A stretch of 64,000 nt of DNA from Prorocentrum cordatum (taxonomy: Eukaryota): the NCBI GenBank assembly GCA_963575745.1, contig CAUYUJ010000103.1, forward strand, positions 496,001-560,000, in the 5' to 3' direction. The notes under the pieces are model-generated. The model was not told where the DNA came from. It did no database searches and saw nothing but the letters and a program-made list of their open reading frames with translations. Shown here piece by piece: positions 26,745 through 38,600 of the stretch; positions within the stretch are counted from its first letter, which is position 1; each line of letters begins with the position of its first letter. Position numbers and translations under genes: made by a program.

Positions 26745-27502
26745 CACAAGCAGCTGCAGGCAGACCCCGCACCCTCACTGCAGCACGCCGCGCGCAAACC
26801 CTCAGACGACGACGCCCTCCTCTCACGCCGCCCCAGGCCACCCGCCTTTTGGTACGGCTGGACCGAGGCCTGAGATCGAGGTCAGTTCGGAGAGGGCACC
26901 CTAATGTTCTTCGTGCTCGCTGGATGTTCTTGTGCATCCAGGGGAGGGTACCCTTGGCCATTCTGTGTGTCTGGGCCCGCGGTGGGTCTCGTGTTCTTGA
27001 AGGATGTTCTTCTGCCCTAGGTCCGATTGTAGGTCGGGGGCCATGGCCCACATCTCGACTGCCTTGCGGGGAACGCGGCACGACTACTGTACGCACAGGG
27101 ACCACCATCCTGGGTCAAGGGAGGAAAAAACCACCCGTACCTGACAATTGGCGTTCACAAAGCGGCCTTGGGCGATTGCTAAGCAGCCCTGCCCATCTCG
27201 ATTCCTTCCCAGGGTGCGTTCACTGGACGGCTTCGCTTGTCGGAGTGCTTATTGTGGGGGTGGGTTTTCTGCACTCCACTGGGTGGGCCTTGTGCGTAGT
27301 CTTGTGTAGGACGATCAAAGGAGGAGAAACATGTTGCAAAATATTTTCCAGATGTCTAAAGCATATGTTAAGCATGTTTCGAACATGTAAAAAACATGTT
27401 TCAAACACGCTTAGAACATTTTTCCGACATCTTAAACACATCCTAAATTCAAGGATAGAACTGTGCTGGTGTCCACTGTCGTGGCATCCACAAGCGTAGT
27501 CG

Positions 27503-27522
27503 CGTAGCCGTTTTGGCTCAAG
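27503..27522 (+). other. Relict dinoflagellate spliced leader (DinoSL)
   Basis: CGTAGCCGTTTTGGCTCAAG versus the DinoSL 3' 20-mer CGTAGCCATTTTGGCTCAAG: 19/20. Followed by GC-rich UTR-like sequence, not by an SL-RNA GT donor. Confidence 0.85.
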
Positions 27523-28043
27523 CTGCTCCGGCCCACGCTGCCCGCAGCCTCCCGCGGCGGTCTCCGCGCGCCTCCCGCGCGGCCCCCGGCACGCCAACCG
27601 CTCCTCCTCCTCCTCCTCCTCCTTCCTCCTCCTCCTCCTCCTCTTCCCTTCTCCTCCTTCTCCTCCTCCTCCTACTCTTCCTCTTTCTCCCTCCTCCTCC
27701 ACCTCCTCCTCCTCCACCTCCTCCTCCTCCTCCTCCTCCTCCTCCTCCTCCTCCCTCCTCCTCTTCCTCCTCGTCTTCCCTCCTCCTCCTCCTCCTCCTC
27801 CTCCTCCTCCTCCTCCTCCTCCTCCTCCTCCTTTGTTTCCGATTCCTGCCCTTGCGAGCTGGCCACTCTGTTTGGGAGCCATGCCCCGCGGACCTTCGGC
27901 GACCCGCTGGACGTTGACGCAAGTCTCGACGCGACCCTCGACGCCAGCACCCGCTCGGGCACCGAAGCCCGCAGCATCGACGCCAGCACCGCTTCCAGCA
28001 CCGAAGCAAGCAGCATCGGCGCTGGCACCAACGCCAGCTCCGA

Positions 28044-28094
<51 letters not shown>

Positions 28095-31000
28095 AGCGAC
28101 GTCAGCAGCATCATCAATGCCGTCTCCGACGCCAGCACTGGCTCCGGCACCGACGCCCGCAGCAGCATCGACGCCACCACCACCTCCAGCACGGCGGCCA
28201 GCGGCATCTGCCCCGGCGCTCCGACTGGCACCGGCGCAAACAGCAACGACGCCGGCACCGACTCCGGCGCCGACACCAGGAGCATCGACGCCAGCACCGG
28301 CTCCAGCGCCGGCGTGGGTGGTGCCCAGGTGCAGCGCCGCCCTGCACCGCCGCACGGTGGCCACGAGCACGACCCCGACGACAACGGTCGCCGTCGTGGT
28401 AGTGCTGGTGGTGCTGGTGGTGCTGGTCGTAGTGGTGCTGCTGGTCGCAGTCTCGGTGCTGCTGCTCCCGGTTGCGGTGGTCGTGGTCGTGGTCGTGGTG
28501 GTGCTGAGGGTCGCAGTCGTGGTGGTGGTGCTGCTGGTCGCAGTCGTGGTGGTGGTGCTGCTGGTCGCAGTCGTGGCGCTGCTGGTCGCAGTCGTGGCGC
28601 TGCTGGTCGCAGTCGTGGCGCTGCTGGTCGCAGTCGTGGCGCTGCTGGTCGCAGTCGTGGTGGTGGTGCTGGTCGCGGTCGTGGTGGTGGTGCTGCTGGT
28701 GGTGGTGGAGGAGGCGGAGCGCGGAGGGAAGCAGGAGCGAGGAGAAGCAGGAGCGAGGAGGCGGAGCGAGGAGGAGGAGGAGGAGGAGGAGGAGGTTCTG
28801 GGACGCTGCGAGTTTAGGCGGCGTCCGTTGGATTGTGGGGTGCTGGGCTTGGTAGTGCGGGGGCGAAAAGACGGTCTTGAGCATGTGCTGTGACAGGAGG
28901 AAGACAGGAGGACGAGGAGGATAAGGAGGAGGATGAAACGGATGAGGAGGGAAGAAGAGGGACGAAGAGGGAGATAGATGATGAGGATGACGAGGAGGGA
29001 CAGGAGGAGGCGATGCTGTTGAATCGTGTTTCGCCGATCTCGGCTTTTCCCTGCTGGTGTCTCCCTGCCCAGCGAGGAGGGCGGAATAGCTGGTCCACAT
29101 TGTGTGTTTCCTTTCGCGCACGCCCACCTGGTCTGCGCAGAAATTCCACGTCTATAGTTGGGACTCACATTTTGATTAACGAAATACCGACAGGCTCAAA
29201 GGGACCAACCCAGCATCACAATCACCTCGTGTCTTTCCAACGCTCTGCAACAGCTGTTCGAAAGATAGCGTTTTCAGCGCAATTCAAGGCCACGCCAAAA
29301 GTGCATTCGCTGATGTGCATCACAGCCTTCCCAGAAGGCCTGGGACAAGTTGGAGCGCACGTAGCAGTGGAGGAGGACGACAGATGGGAGCAGTAGAGGT
29401 CATCTGGCAGCTTTGGAAAGACGCGGCCCTCCAGCTCGTCAGCGACAGCTTCATCGAAGAGGCCGAGGCCGCCGTTACGAGGAGGAGAGTGATGATAAGG
29501 AGCAGGAGGGAAGGATAATGATGAGGAGCAGGAGGGAAGGATGCTGAGAGCTCTGGTCGACGTCTCGCGGTCTCCCTCCTGAGCCAGTGCCGCCCCGTCG
29601 AAAATTAGCACCATTCCCTGACATGCCCACACTGTCAATCCTCCCCTCCCCCATGTCCTTCCTCCTCCTTTTTCCTTCGAGCCGTCATCCTCCCTCTTCC
29701 TCTTCGTTTGGGGGAAGAGGGGGGGGAGAGGGATCAGGAGGGCGAATCGGTGGGGGACGATCGCACGGGGAGAGGGGGCAGGATTGTGAGGAGGAGTTGA
29801 GATTCTGATGCGCTCCACAACTTCTGACGGATCTAACGGGGAGATGGAGGGCGTTTACATGGACGTCAGTTTCATGCGCGGCGTCGGGGCCTAATTTCTC
29901 ACGTGTGATGGGCCGAACTTCACGTCTGGAGGTTACGATCGTCTTGGGTTGGCTCGTGCACTAGGTAAACTCTGGATGCCGCCGAAAGGTTGAGTTCACA
30001 CAAGGACATGCTGCATTGCTTGCATGCCCTATGTCTTTCCGCTAGCTGGAATGAGGTACCATGCGCCGCACCCGCGCGGGACGCCAGTTCCGAGCGACGT
30101 GCGCATGGAGCTTGGACGAGGGCGACGACTGTCGTCGGGCGATGGGTTGCCCAGAAGGTAGTATCCGAAAAAAGAAAAAATCCGGCATCCAGAATCGGGG
30201 GCTCACGCGCTATGGCCCTCCCGGGCCATCCGAGAGACCCGGAGTTATGGGAAGCCCGAAAGCATCGAAACTAATCTGAACAATCGGCTGGCCATGGGTT
30301 CCCCACAGTTCAAATTGCGTAGAACCCGACAATCTCAGCCAGCGTGGACCCCAAATAGCTTAGACGACTCAAAGCAAGGAATCAGAGGAAACAAGCATGC
30401 TTGGAATCCGCAAGACAGCGAGCAAGCAAGCAAGCAAGCAGGCGTAGGCATAGGCATAGGCGTAGGCATAGGAGTTAGGGGGAGGCATCGGCATATGCAT
30501 AGGCATAGCCATAGGAATTAGGGGGGGCATAGGAATCAGGGAGGGGGGCAACGGACCAATTAGAAGGGTTTGAGCTAGGACTCCTACAGGGCAAGCTTAT
30601 TTGGGGAACATCGGTGCAGTCGGATGGCTATGGGCTGCCGGCAGTTCCGAACCATGGGAACCCATAGTCAGCCGATTGCACACACGTGCTTCCAGTGTTT
30701 CTGGGCTTTCCACAATACGGACTTATTGGAAACACTTAGCCAACCCTTTTCGCATGTTTCCAATTCTCTAGGTTACCCCAAATTCGACGTCCCGAAGGGT
30801 CTTGCTATTCGAATTGAGTTGTGGGAAACCCATATCCAGCCCATAGCACGCATGTTTTTCAGTGTTTCTGGGTTTCCAGATGCGGTTTCGGGCTTCCCGT
30901 AATAATTCGGGCTTGCGGCAAACCCATAACCAACCGATTGCACACATTCTTTTCTGTTTGTCGGGTTTCCCATAATTCGACGCCCCGAGGCATTCGCTAT

Positions 31001-31250
31001 TCGAATCTGGGGAAGACCATCTTCAGCCCATCGCGCGCGGTTTTTTCAGTGTCCCCGGGTTTCCCATCTCCGTTGGAGCTCTTCCGATTTCCCCGGACGT
31101 CCGGAATTCGAATTCTCAGAAATCTGCCGCAGCGTTTTGCCCCAAACGTACAAACCGAGGCGGGAATTTATACATGACCACCGCCTGGAGGATCAATTTT
31201 CGGGGACCTCGGCAGGCGGTGGATATGGACATATTCGGGCCCCCAGGGGG

Positions 31251-31292
<42 letters not shown>

Positions 31293-31295
<3 letters not shown>

Positions 31296-31975
31296 CTTCT
31301 ACCTATCAAATTACAAGGAAAAACCCGGCATGTCACCGACACCCCCCCCCACATGGACCCCAGATGAACCCCACAGGCCCCCAAGAGAGCCCCACAATGC
31401 TTCGAGGCGGCCCAAAATGCCCCGAAGAGAGCGACACGAGGCCTACATCGGGAGCCCAAGACAGCAGAAGGCACTTCCCAGACGTCCTCTGCAAGGCCCA
31501 AGAGGCCCCAAGACGGCCCCAGAGTGCTCCAACAGGACCAAACATGGGCTCAAGACGGCCCAGGATGCCCCCGCAAAGACCTCCAATACGGCCTCAGCAG
31601 GCCAAAAACCTTAATTTTCCGTTGGTTTTTGAACGACTCTGTGCTTCTCGCCTTTTCTGGCCACGAACGGCCCAAGAATGGTCTGCGAGCTTCCGAGGTC
31701 GCCCCGAAATGGCCTCCAGGCGGCCCAATGGGGCCCCAAGATGGGCCAATAAAGCGCCAAGAAAGCCAGGGAGTGCCCAAAAGACCCTTAAAAGACCTCC
31801 AAGAGGGCCCCAACAGAGCCACGGGATGCTTCAGAGAGGGCCCGAGAGAGCCCCAACACGGCCCCAGGACGGCCCAAGCCCCCCCAGACAGCCCACAAGG
31901 GCCCCAGGACAGCCCAAGAAGGCCCTCCGATGGTATACAAAAGCACCAACAGGAGCTCCACTCAGTCTTAGGGCC
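31293..31975 (+). repeat. Dispersed repeat of about 680 bp, copy 1, preceded by (TA)n
   Basis: Near-identical to 51791-52473 (TTCCTTCTACCTATCAAATTACAAGG...CTCAGTCTTAGGGCC). Confidence 0.9.
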
Positions 31976-32054
31976 TCCTCCTTCTCCCTTCCATTTCCTC
32001 CTCCTCCTCCTCTTCCTCCTCCTCCTCCTCCTCCTCCACCTCCTCTTCATCCCG

Positions 32055-33740
32055 AACGGCATCTCGGAGCCTAGAATTGCGAGGATGTCTCCAGCGTGAC
32101 GGGCTGGACCACCTCGCGCGCGGCATCTCGGACCCCAGAGTTGCGACGATGTCTCGGGCGAAACGTGCTGCGAGGAAGTCTCAGGCGAAACGGGCCGGAC
32201 CACCTCGAGCGCGGCGTCTCAGAGCTCCGAGTTGCGGGGGCCTCCTGGGGCCTCCAGGGGCCTCCTGGGGACCTCTTGGAGCTCTCTCCTGGGCCTCCTG
32301 TGGCCTCGTGAACTCCGCCTGGGGTTTCCTGAAGCCTCTTGGGGCTCCCAGGGGGGATATCTGACCTGTGGCCGCTTGGGCCTCTCAAAATGGAGGGGAG
32401 GGGCACAAGAGCAGGAAGAATCAACGAACCGACACCGGATGTGTATTATCTTGACACGTTCTGATAGGGGGCCTCCTGGAGATCTCCTGGGGGCCCCTGG
32501 GGCCTGTCCTGGGCGTCCTGCGGCCTCCTGGACCTCTCTGGGGCCTCCTGGGGCTCCCAGGGTCCCAGGGAGGATATGTAATGTAACATGTGGTCTTCTG
32601 GGCCCCCAGGCTGGACCACCTCTTGCGCGGCATCTGGGAGCTCAGAGTTGCGAGAATGTCTTGCGCACGGCATCTCAGAGCTCAAAGTTGCGAGGAAGTC
32701 TCAGGCGAAACGGGCCGGACCACCTCGCGCAGGGCATCTCAGAGCTCAGAAGTTCGAGGATGTCTCAGGCGGGCTCCCAGGGTCCCGGGGAGGATATGTA
32801 ACATGTCCTGGGCGTCCTGCGGCCTCCTGGTACCTCCAGGGGCCTCCTGGGGACCTCCTGGAGCTTCCTCCTAGGCCTCCTGTGGCCTCCTGAACTCCAC
32901 CTGAGGTTTCCTGAAGCCTCTTGGGGCTCCCAGGGGGGATATCTAACCTGTGGCCGCTTGGGCCTCTCCAAATGGAGGGGGGGCACAAGAGCAGGAAGAA
33001 TCAACGAATCGACACCGGATGTGTATTAACTTGACACGTTCTGATAGGCGGCCTCCTGGGGCCTCCTGGGAGCCTCCTGGGAATCTCCTGGGGGCCCCTG
33101 GGGCCTGTCCTGGGCGTCCTGCGGCCTCCTGGACCTCTCTGGGGCCTCCTGAGGCTCGCAGGGTCCCATGGAGGATATGTAACATGTGGTCTTCTGGGCC
33201 CCCAGGCTGGACCACCTCTTGCGCAGCATCTGAGAGCTCAGAGTTGCGAGAATGTCTTGTGCGAAACAGGCCGGACCACCTTGCGCACGGCATCTCAGAG
33301 CTCAGAGTTGCAAGGATGTCTCAGGCGAGACGGGCCGGACCACCTCGCGCAGGGCATCTCAGAGCTCAGAAGTTCGAGGATGTCTCAGGCGAAACGGGCC
33401 GGACCACCTCTCGCGCGGCATCTCCGAAGTCAGAGTTTCGAGGATGTCTCAGGCGAAACGGGCCGGACCACCTCGCGCAAGGCATCGCAGAGCTCAGAGT
33501 TTCGAGGATGTCTCAGGCGAAACGGCCCGGACCACCTCTCGCACGGCACCTCGGGGCTCAGAGTTTCGAGGATGTCTCAAGCGAAACGGCCCGGACCACC
33601 TCTCGCGCGGCGTCCCGGAGCGCAACTTTTCGAGGATGTCTCAGGCGAAACGGCCAATCCCGGCCAACTCAGAAACGAGAGTTGTGAGGATGTCTCCAGC
33701 GAAACCGCCAAAACCATAAAATTTTAGTGAGGATGTCTCT
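32055..33740 (+). repeat. Compound tandem repeat (about 66-bp GAGGATGTCTCAGGCGAAACGGGCCGGACCACCTC units and GGCCTCCTGG blocks, with an approximately 600-bp duplication)
   Basis: Visible repeats; the GAGGATGTCTCNNGCGAAACG motif is shared with the 42.6-46.6 kb elements. Confidence 0.8.
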
Positions 33741-33920
33741 GCTCCGCGTTCCCACGGCCGGAGTTAGTTTCTATCACAACAGCACCCCGTTCAGCAAGCT
33801 GTTTGGGGAAAAACACAGGCACAATTCATCGTCGATTCCCCAGAAAATATGGGAAGATATGGAAAGTGGGGGGGAAGACCAAAGCCAAGAAAATATGGGA
33901 AAATATGTGGGAGATGTTTA

Positions 33921-34056
33921 AATGATTATCTTTGGATGCAGTTTTCCTCCGCGTCGAGCGGCCAAGCGAGAGGGGCTTCTCCCCTTCCGTCTTCTCTTCT
34001 GCTCTGCTCTCCTGCTGCTGCTCTCCCCTCTCGCGGCCATTCTGGTTTCAAGGCTT
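33921..34056 (+). repeat. Split direct repeat A1 (136 bp)
   Basis: AATGATTATCTTTGGATGCAG...TTTCAAGGCTT; one C/T mismatch to A2 by eye. Confidence 0.95.
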
Positions 34057-34078
34057 GCATGGGCCAGCGTCGCGCCGG

Positions 34079-34753
34079 ATGCCCCTTCCCCTCGCGGCCC
34101 TCGGGCAGTGGGGCGCGGCGCTGGTTTCAGTCTGGGCCAGCCGCTGCCCCGCCTGCCCGGCCTGCCCGCCCTGTGGGTCGGTCAACGTCACCTGCGGCAA
34201 CTGCCCGGCGGCGCCTGCGGTGGCGTGCCCAGCAGTGCCCGACCCTCGGCCCTGCCCCGAGCTGTCCTGCCCGGCCCCCGCTCCGGCCGCGCTGGACTGG
34301 GCCTCGTGGCTGGGGCTGGGTTGGGTCCTGGGCGTGCTGTGCGCTGTGGCGGCGCTGGCGGTCTGCGCGCCCGTCGCAGCCCTACTGCACGGGTTCACCG
34401 CGCGGGCGCCGGCGCGCCCAGCAGGCGACGGCGGAGCTGGGGGCAGGGCCGAGACCCTGGACATCGTCGAGAGCCAGGTCTGCATCGCCTTCGACGACGA
34501 CCCGAACTTCAGGTGGCACCGCCGAGTGCTACTGGTCCCCTCGCCCACGCCTGGGCACTGGGTGGCCGCGACACCCGACGCCGAGATCTACCTCTTGAAG
34601 CTGGACGAGCACCTGGTGGTCGCCCTTCCGCGGGCGGCCGCGTTCCCGCAGAGAGTCCGAGGCCAGGTCTACGCGTTCGGGGCCCTCTCGGACGCCGACC
34701 TGGCCAACCTCCGCCGCGACGGGCGCAACTTCGCGAAGGTGCTGGGCTTTCCC
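34079..34753 (+). CDS. ORF1 N-terminal part: Cys-rich and transmembrane segment followed by the Gag-like N-terminal domain
   Basis: ATG at 34079 in the 33932 frame. MPLPLAALGQWGAALVSVWA (hydrophobic), CPACPACPPC...CPELSC (9 Cys, NVT sequon), WASWLGLGWVLGVLCAVAALAVCAPVAALL (TM-like), then globular-looking TLDIVESQVCIAFDDDPNFRWHRRVLLV...FAKVLGF. Protein-like sequence moves to the +1 frame at TTTCCCCATC (about 34748-34757). Gag assignment is by position. Confidence 0.6.
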
Positions 34754-34754
34754 C

Positions 34755-35615
34755 ATCCCCGCGGTGCAGGCGGGGGTCGACGTCCCGAGGTGGATCGTCT
34801 CCGACCCCGCGATCGACCACTTCGGGGAGGAGGTGAGCCTGGAGCCGATCACCTCGGCCGAGCGCTTCATCGGGCGGGACGCGGTGGCGCTCGTGATGCT
34901 GTCCGACGCCGAGGGCTGGGTCGCCGCCGAGAACGTCCAGCTCAGCGACGAGCCAGACTGGAAGGCGGAGAAGAGGGCCGGTCCTGGCAGGGACCGCCGC
35001 GTGCTGCCGCAGACGGGCGTGCCCGCTCAGACCGTCTCTCTAGCGCAGCTGGTGGCTCTGCTGAAGAGCGTGGACGTGGGCGACTGGCCCTTCGAGGGGC
35101 CCAAGGCCCTGGTCGAGTTATTAGCCGCGGTGGTCTCGTCTGGGCACTCGCTCTCGTCCTGCTGGGGCTTCTGGGTGGCCCAGTCGGGGGTCTCGCGCGC
35201 CAGCGCCGTCGCCCAGGAGCTGAAGAACATCGTGGAGGTCTTGCACCATGCGCTGGTCTTCGACGCGCTGGACGTCTCGAACCTCGCCTCGCTCGAGCTC
35301 CTGAGTCGCCGGGGCCTCCAGATCCAGAGGGCGGTCAAGCGCTGCCCGCGCCGCCCGCCCTTCGAGGTGCTGGAGTTGATGGTGTCGAGCCGCCTCGACG
35401 ACTCAGGCGGAGCCGTCACGACCAATTTCGACGCGTGGGTCGCCGACCAGCAGAAGGCGAGGAGCACCGTCCTCAAGCAGGAGAGGATGTACAGGGAGGA
35501 GGCCGACCACGAGGACAAGACGTACCGCCACGAGCAGAGGGACGAGGCAAGGCCCCCGCGCCCCAAGGCCAAGCCGAAGGGCAAGGCCGGGGCTGGGCCG
35601 GCCGGTGCTGGATAG
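34755..35615 (+). CDS. ORF1 C-terminal part (Gag-like), +1 frame relative to the N-terminal part
   Basis: Track ORF 34764..35615 has protein-like composition (DWPFEGP, WGFWVAQSGV, FDALDVSNLASLELLSRR) and a basic tail (KAKPKGKAG); it lies upstream of pol. Confidence 0.7.
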   Translation: MPAVQAGVDVPRWIVSDPAIDHFGEEVSLEPITSAERFIGRDAVALVMLSDAEGWVAAENVQLSDEPDWKAEKRAGPGRDRRVLPQTGVPAQTVSLAQLVALLKSVDVGDWPFEGPKALVELLAAVVSSGHSLSSCWGFWVAQSGVSRASAVAQELKNIVEVLHHALVFDALDVSNLASLELLSRRGLQIQRAVKRCPRRPPFEVLELMVSSRLDDSGGAVTTNFDAWVADQQKARSTVLKQERMYREEADHEDKTYRHEQRDEARPPRPKAKPKGKAGAGPAGAG

Positions 35616-35686
35616 CAAGCCGGGGGCCTCCGCGCCCCCCTCGGCCGCGGCGCCACCTGCCGCGGCCGTCGGCACACCGCGTCGCC

Positions 35687-38600
35687 ATGGCCACCACCTT
35701 GGACCGCGGCTGCCTCCCCGTCGAGGGTTCCTCCTCGCGGGGGCCCCCACCCTTGTTCCCGCTTCCGGTCACGGACGCCTTCTACTCGCATCCACCGCGA
35801 GGGGAACGTACCGCTTTGCCTCGGTATAAAGCGCAGCGTGCTGCCGCTGCTGATCGTCGCTCGGCCCGTGCCATCGAGACGATCACGACCCTCAATGGGA
35901 TGGCCGCCGCCTGCGCTGGGAGGGAAGGCGCGCTTCGGCCCCCTCAGAGGACTGGGAGCGCCGACATCGCCCAAGAGTCGGCGCTCAGGCGCATCCGCCG
36001 TCGGATCGCGGCCTTCGGTGATCGGCCCGCCGACTTGGATGGCGCTGGAGCCCTTCAGGAGCTCCTCAAGTCCAGGGGCGTCTACGGCGGCCTCGACGCT
36101 TCCACGACTGTGGTCGATTTTGATCCGAGCCGCCTCGACATCCTGCGCAAGGGGCATTTTTCAACGCCACTCGACGACGTGGCCCCTCAGAGCGTCATGG
36201 ATGTGATGGACAATTTTGACACTGCCGTCGCCCGCCCGCTCTCCGAGCTGCCAGAGGACGAGCCGCTGGTGCAGCCGTACTGGGGCCCGCAGCTCGACCC
36301 GCGCCGGCGCGGCACGCGCCCCGCGCTTGTGGCCTTTCTTCGCGCGCTGGCTCTCCGAGGGCTCGTGGGAGCTCGGGCCCGTCGGAAGGCGTGCATCTCC
36401 GCGTTCTTCGTGCGAAAGAAGAACGGTGATCAGAGGATGGTGCTGGATGCCCGGCAGGCCAACCAGTTGCAGCGCCTCCCGCCCAAGACCGCGCTGGCCT
36501 CAGGAGAGGCGCTCGCGGCGATCAACCTCGTGGACGCCACCGACCTCGGCCCCGACGACCTCGACATCGTGGCGACCGGGGGCGACTTGGTGGCCGGCTC
36601 GGTGGACCTGCAGGACGGCTTCTACCAGTTCCGCCACCCGGCCTGGGGCTCCTGGATGCGCTTCGACATCGAGATGGACGCCGGCGAGCTGGGGGCGACC
36701 CAGCTTTACGACGAGGAGCTCGGCCGCTACATCGACATCAGCCTGGACTCCCGAGTCTGGCCCTGCTTCGAGGCCCTTCCCATGGGATGGTCATGGGCCT
36801 TGTGGATCTGCCAGGAGGTCCTGATCGACGCCATGGGCGCCGTCTTCGGGGACAAGGACTCCTGGTGCCTGGACAAGGGCAAGCCGCCCTCCTTACTGAA
36901 TGGGGGGGTTGCCCATGCGCCCTACGTCGATAACGCGAACCTCATCTCCTTGGACGCCGGCCAGCTCGACCAGCGCCTCGGCGCCGTGACGGGCGAGCTG
37001 GACAAGAGGGGGCTCCGCTGGCACGAGCTGCAGCATGCCACCTCGTCGCAGGGCATCCGCGGTCTCGAGTTCGATGGCCGACACGGGCGCCTTCGCCACA
37101 CATCGCGGCGAGCCTGGCGCCTGTGCCTTGGCCTACACGAGGTCCTACGCAGGCCCAGGCTTGCCCGCTGGCAGGTCAGGAGGTTGCTGGGACACATCGT
37201 GCACTATTTCAGCATGATGCGGCCCGCCCTCAGCGCGCTGGGCGAGTGCTACGCCTACCTCGAGTCGGGCCCTATGGAGGGCGTCTCCCGCTTGCCGTCC
37301 AGCGTGCTGACGGAGCTTCGCTGCGCTGCTGGCCTCGTGTTCCTCGGCCAGGTGGACCTGCGCCGACCTCCTGCGCCGGTGTCCTTCACCACGGACAGCT
37401 CGACGCTGGGGCGCGCCGTCTGCGAGGCCGAGCTCTTCGGGGACGAGGTCCTCGGCGTGTCGCGGTGGCGCGAGAGGCAGCGCTTCAGCGAGGTCGAGGT
37501 CTCCGGCGACCCCGACAGGGACGCCTACCTAGGCCGCGCCGCGGGGCTGGCCGACGTCTCCGACCTGTACTACGATGAGCTCGGCGACGCCAGCGCGGGA
37601 CGCCCCCGCCGGCAGGCGCGGGCCCGCCGCCGTCGCCAGGAGATGGAGGTGGGCCGCCCCCCGCCTCCGCTCCCGCCCGAGCTGGTCGACCCGCAGCGGT
37701 GGACCGAGGCCTTCCGAGGCGCGTGGCGCCACCCCGGCCGCATCCACAGCCTGGAGGCTCGCGCCTCGGTGATCGGGCTGGGCGCGGCCGCGCGCCAGGC
37801 CAACTGCAGTGGGACCGAGCTGCAGAGCCTCTCGGACAACCTCTCCAGCGTGCTGTCGTTCGAGAAGGGCCGCGCCAGTAATCGGGAGCTCCTCGCCCAA
37901 TGTCGTCGGGCCGGCGCCTTGCAGCTGGGCACCGAGATCACGTGGCGAGTGCGACACGTTCCAGGATGTGTGAACGTTGCTGACTGGGGGGGCCGGGCCG
38001 CAGATCGCCGCGAGCTCCTGCCTGGCTGGATCCGCGGGGTCGGCTTCAGGGCCTGCCCGCCGGCGCCCAGCAGGTGCGCTCCCGTCGCGAGGCCCAGCGG
38101 CAGCCCGCCAGGTCCCGGGCCTGAGGAGCCCGGGCCCCCCATCGCCAGCGTTGCCTTCGCGACTCGGCCGTCCCCGAGCCGCGTCTCCGAGCCTCCAGGG
38201 CTTGGGGGGAAACATATTGGTTGCACGGGACAGTGGAGCGAGGACCTCGCACAAGGGATCATCCTCTCTACCACCCCAGCTGAGTCTGTTCTCCCATCCT
38301 GTCCTTCCCCTCCTCCATCATGCTCCACTTCATCGAGACCACGTACAGGTTATTGTTCACAGATTGGGTCGTCGCGCTCTTCGTCGGGTTACTGGCCTCA
38401 TATTGGGTCTCCAACTGCATCGGCTCATCAGCGACCCCAGGCTGGGCCCCCAGCTTCTTCGGCTTCTTGGGCGTCACGGGACAGGCCACCAACATCATCA
38501 TCGAGTCAAGGTCCCCAGGCTGGGTCATCAAGCTCTTCGGCTCCTCCTCGGGCGCGCAGCGGGCCTCGTAAGTGGTGCTCCTCGGGGTCTTCGTCTACGG

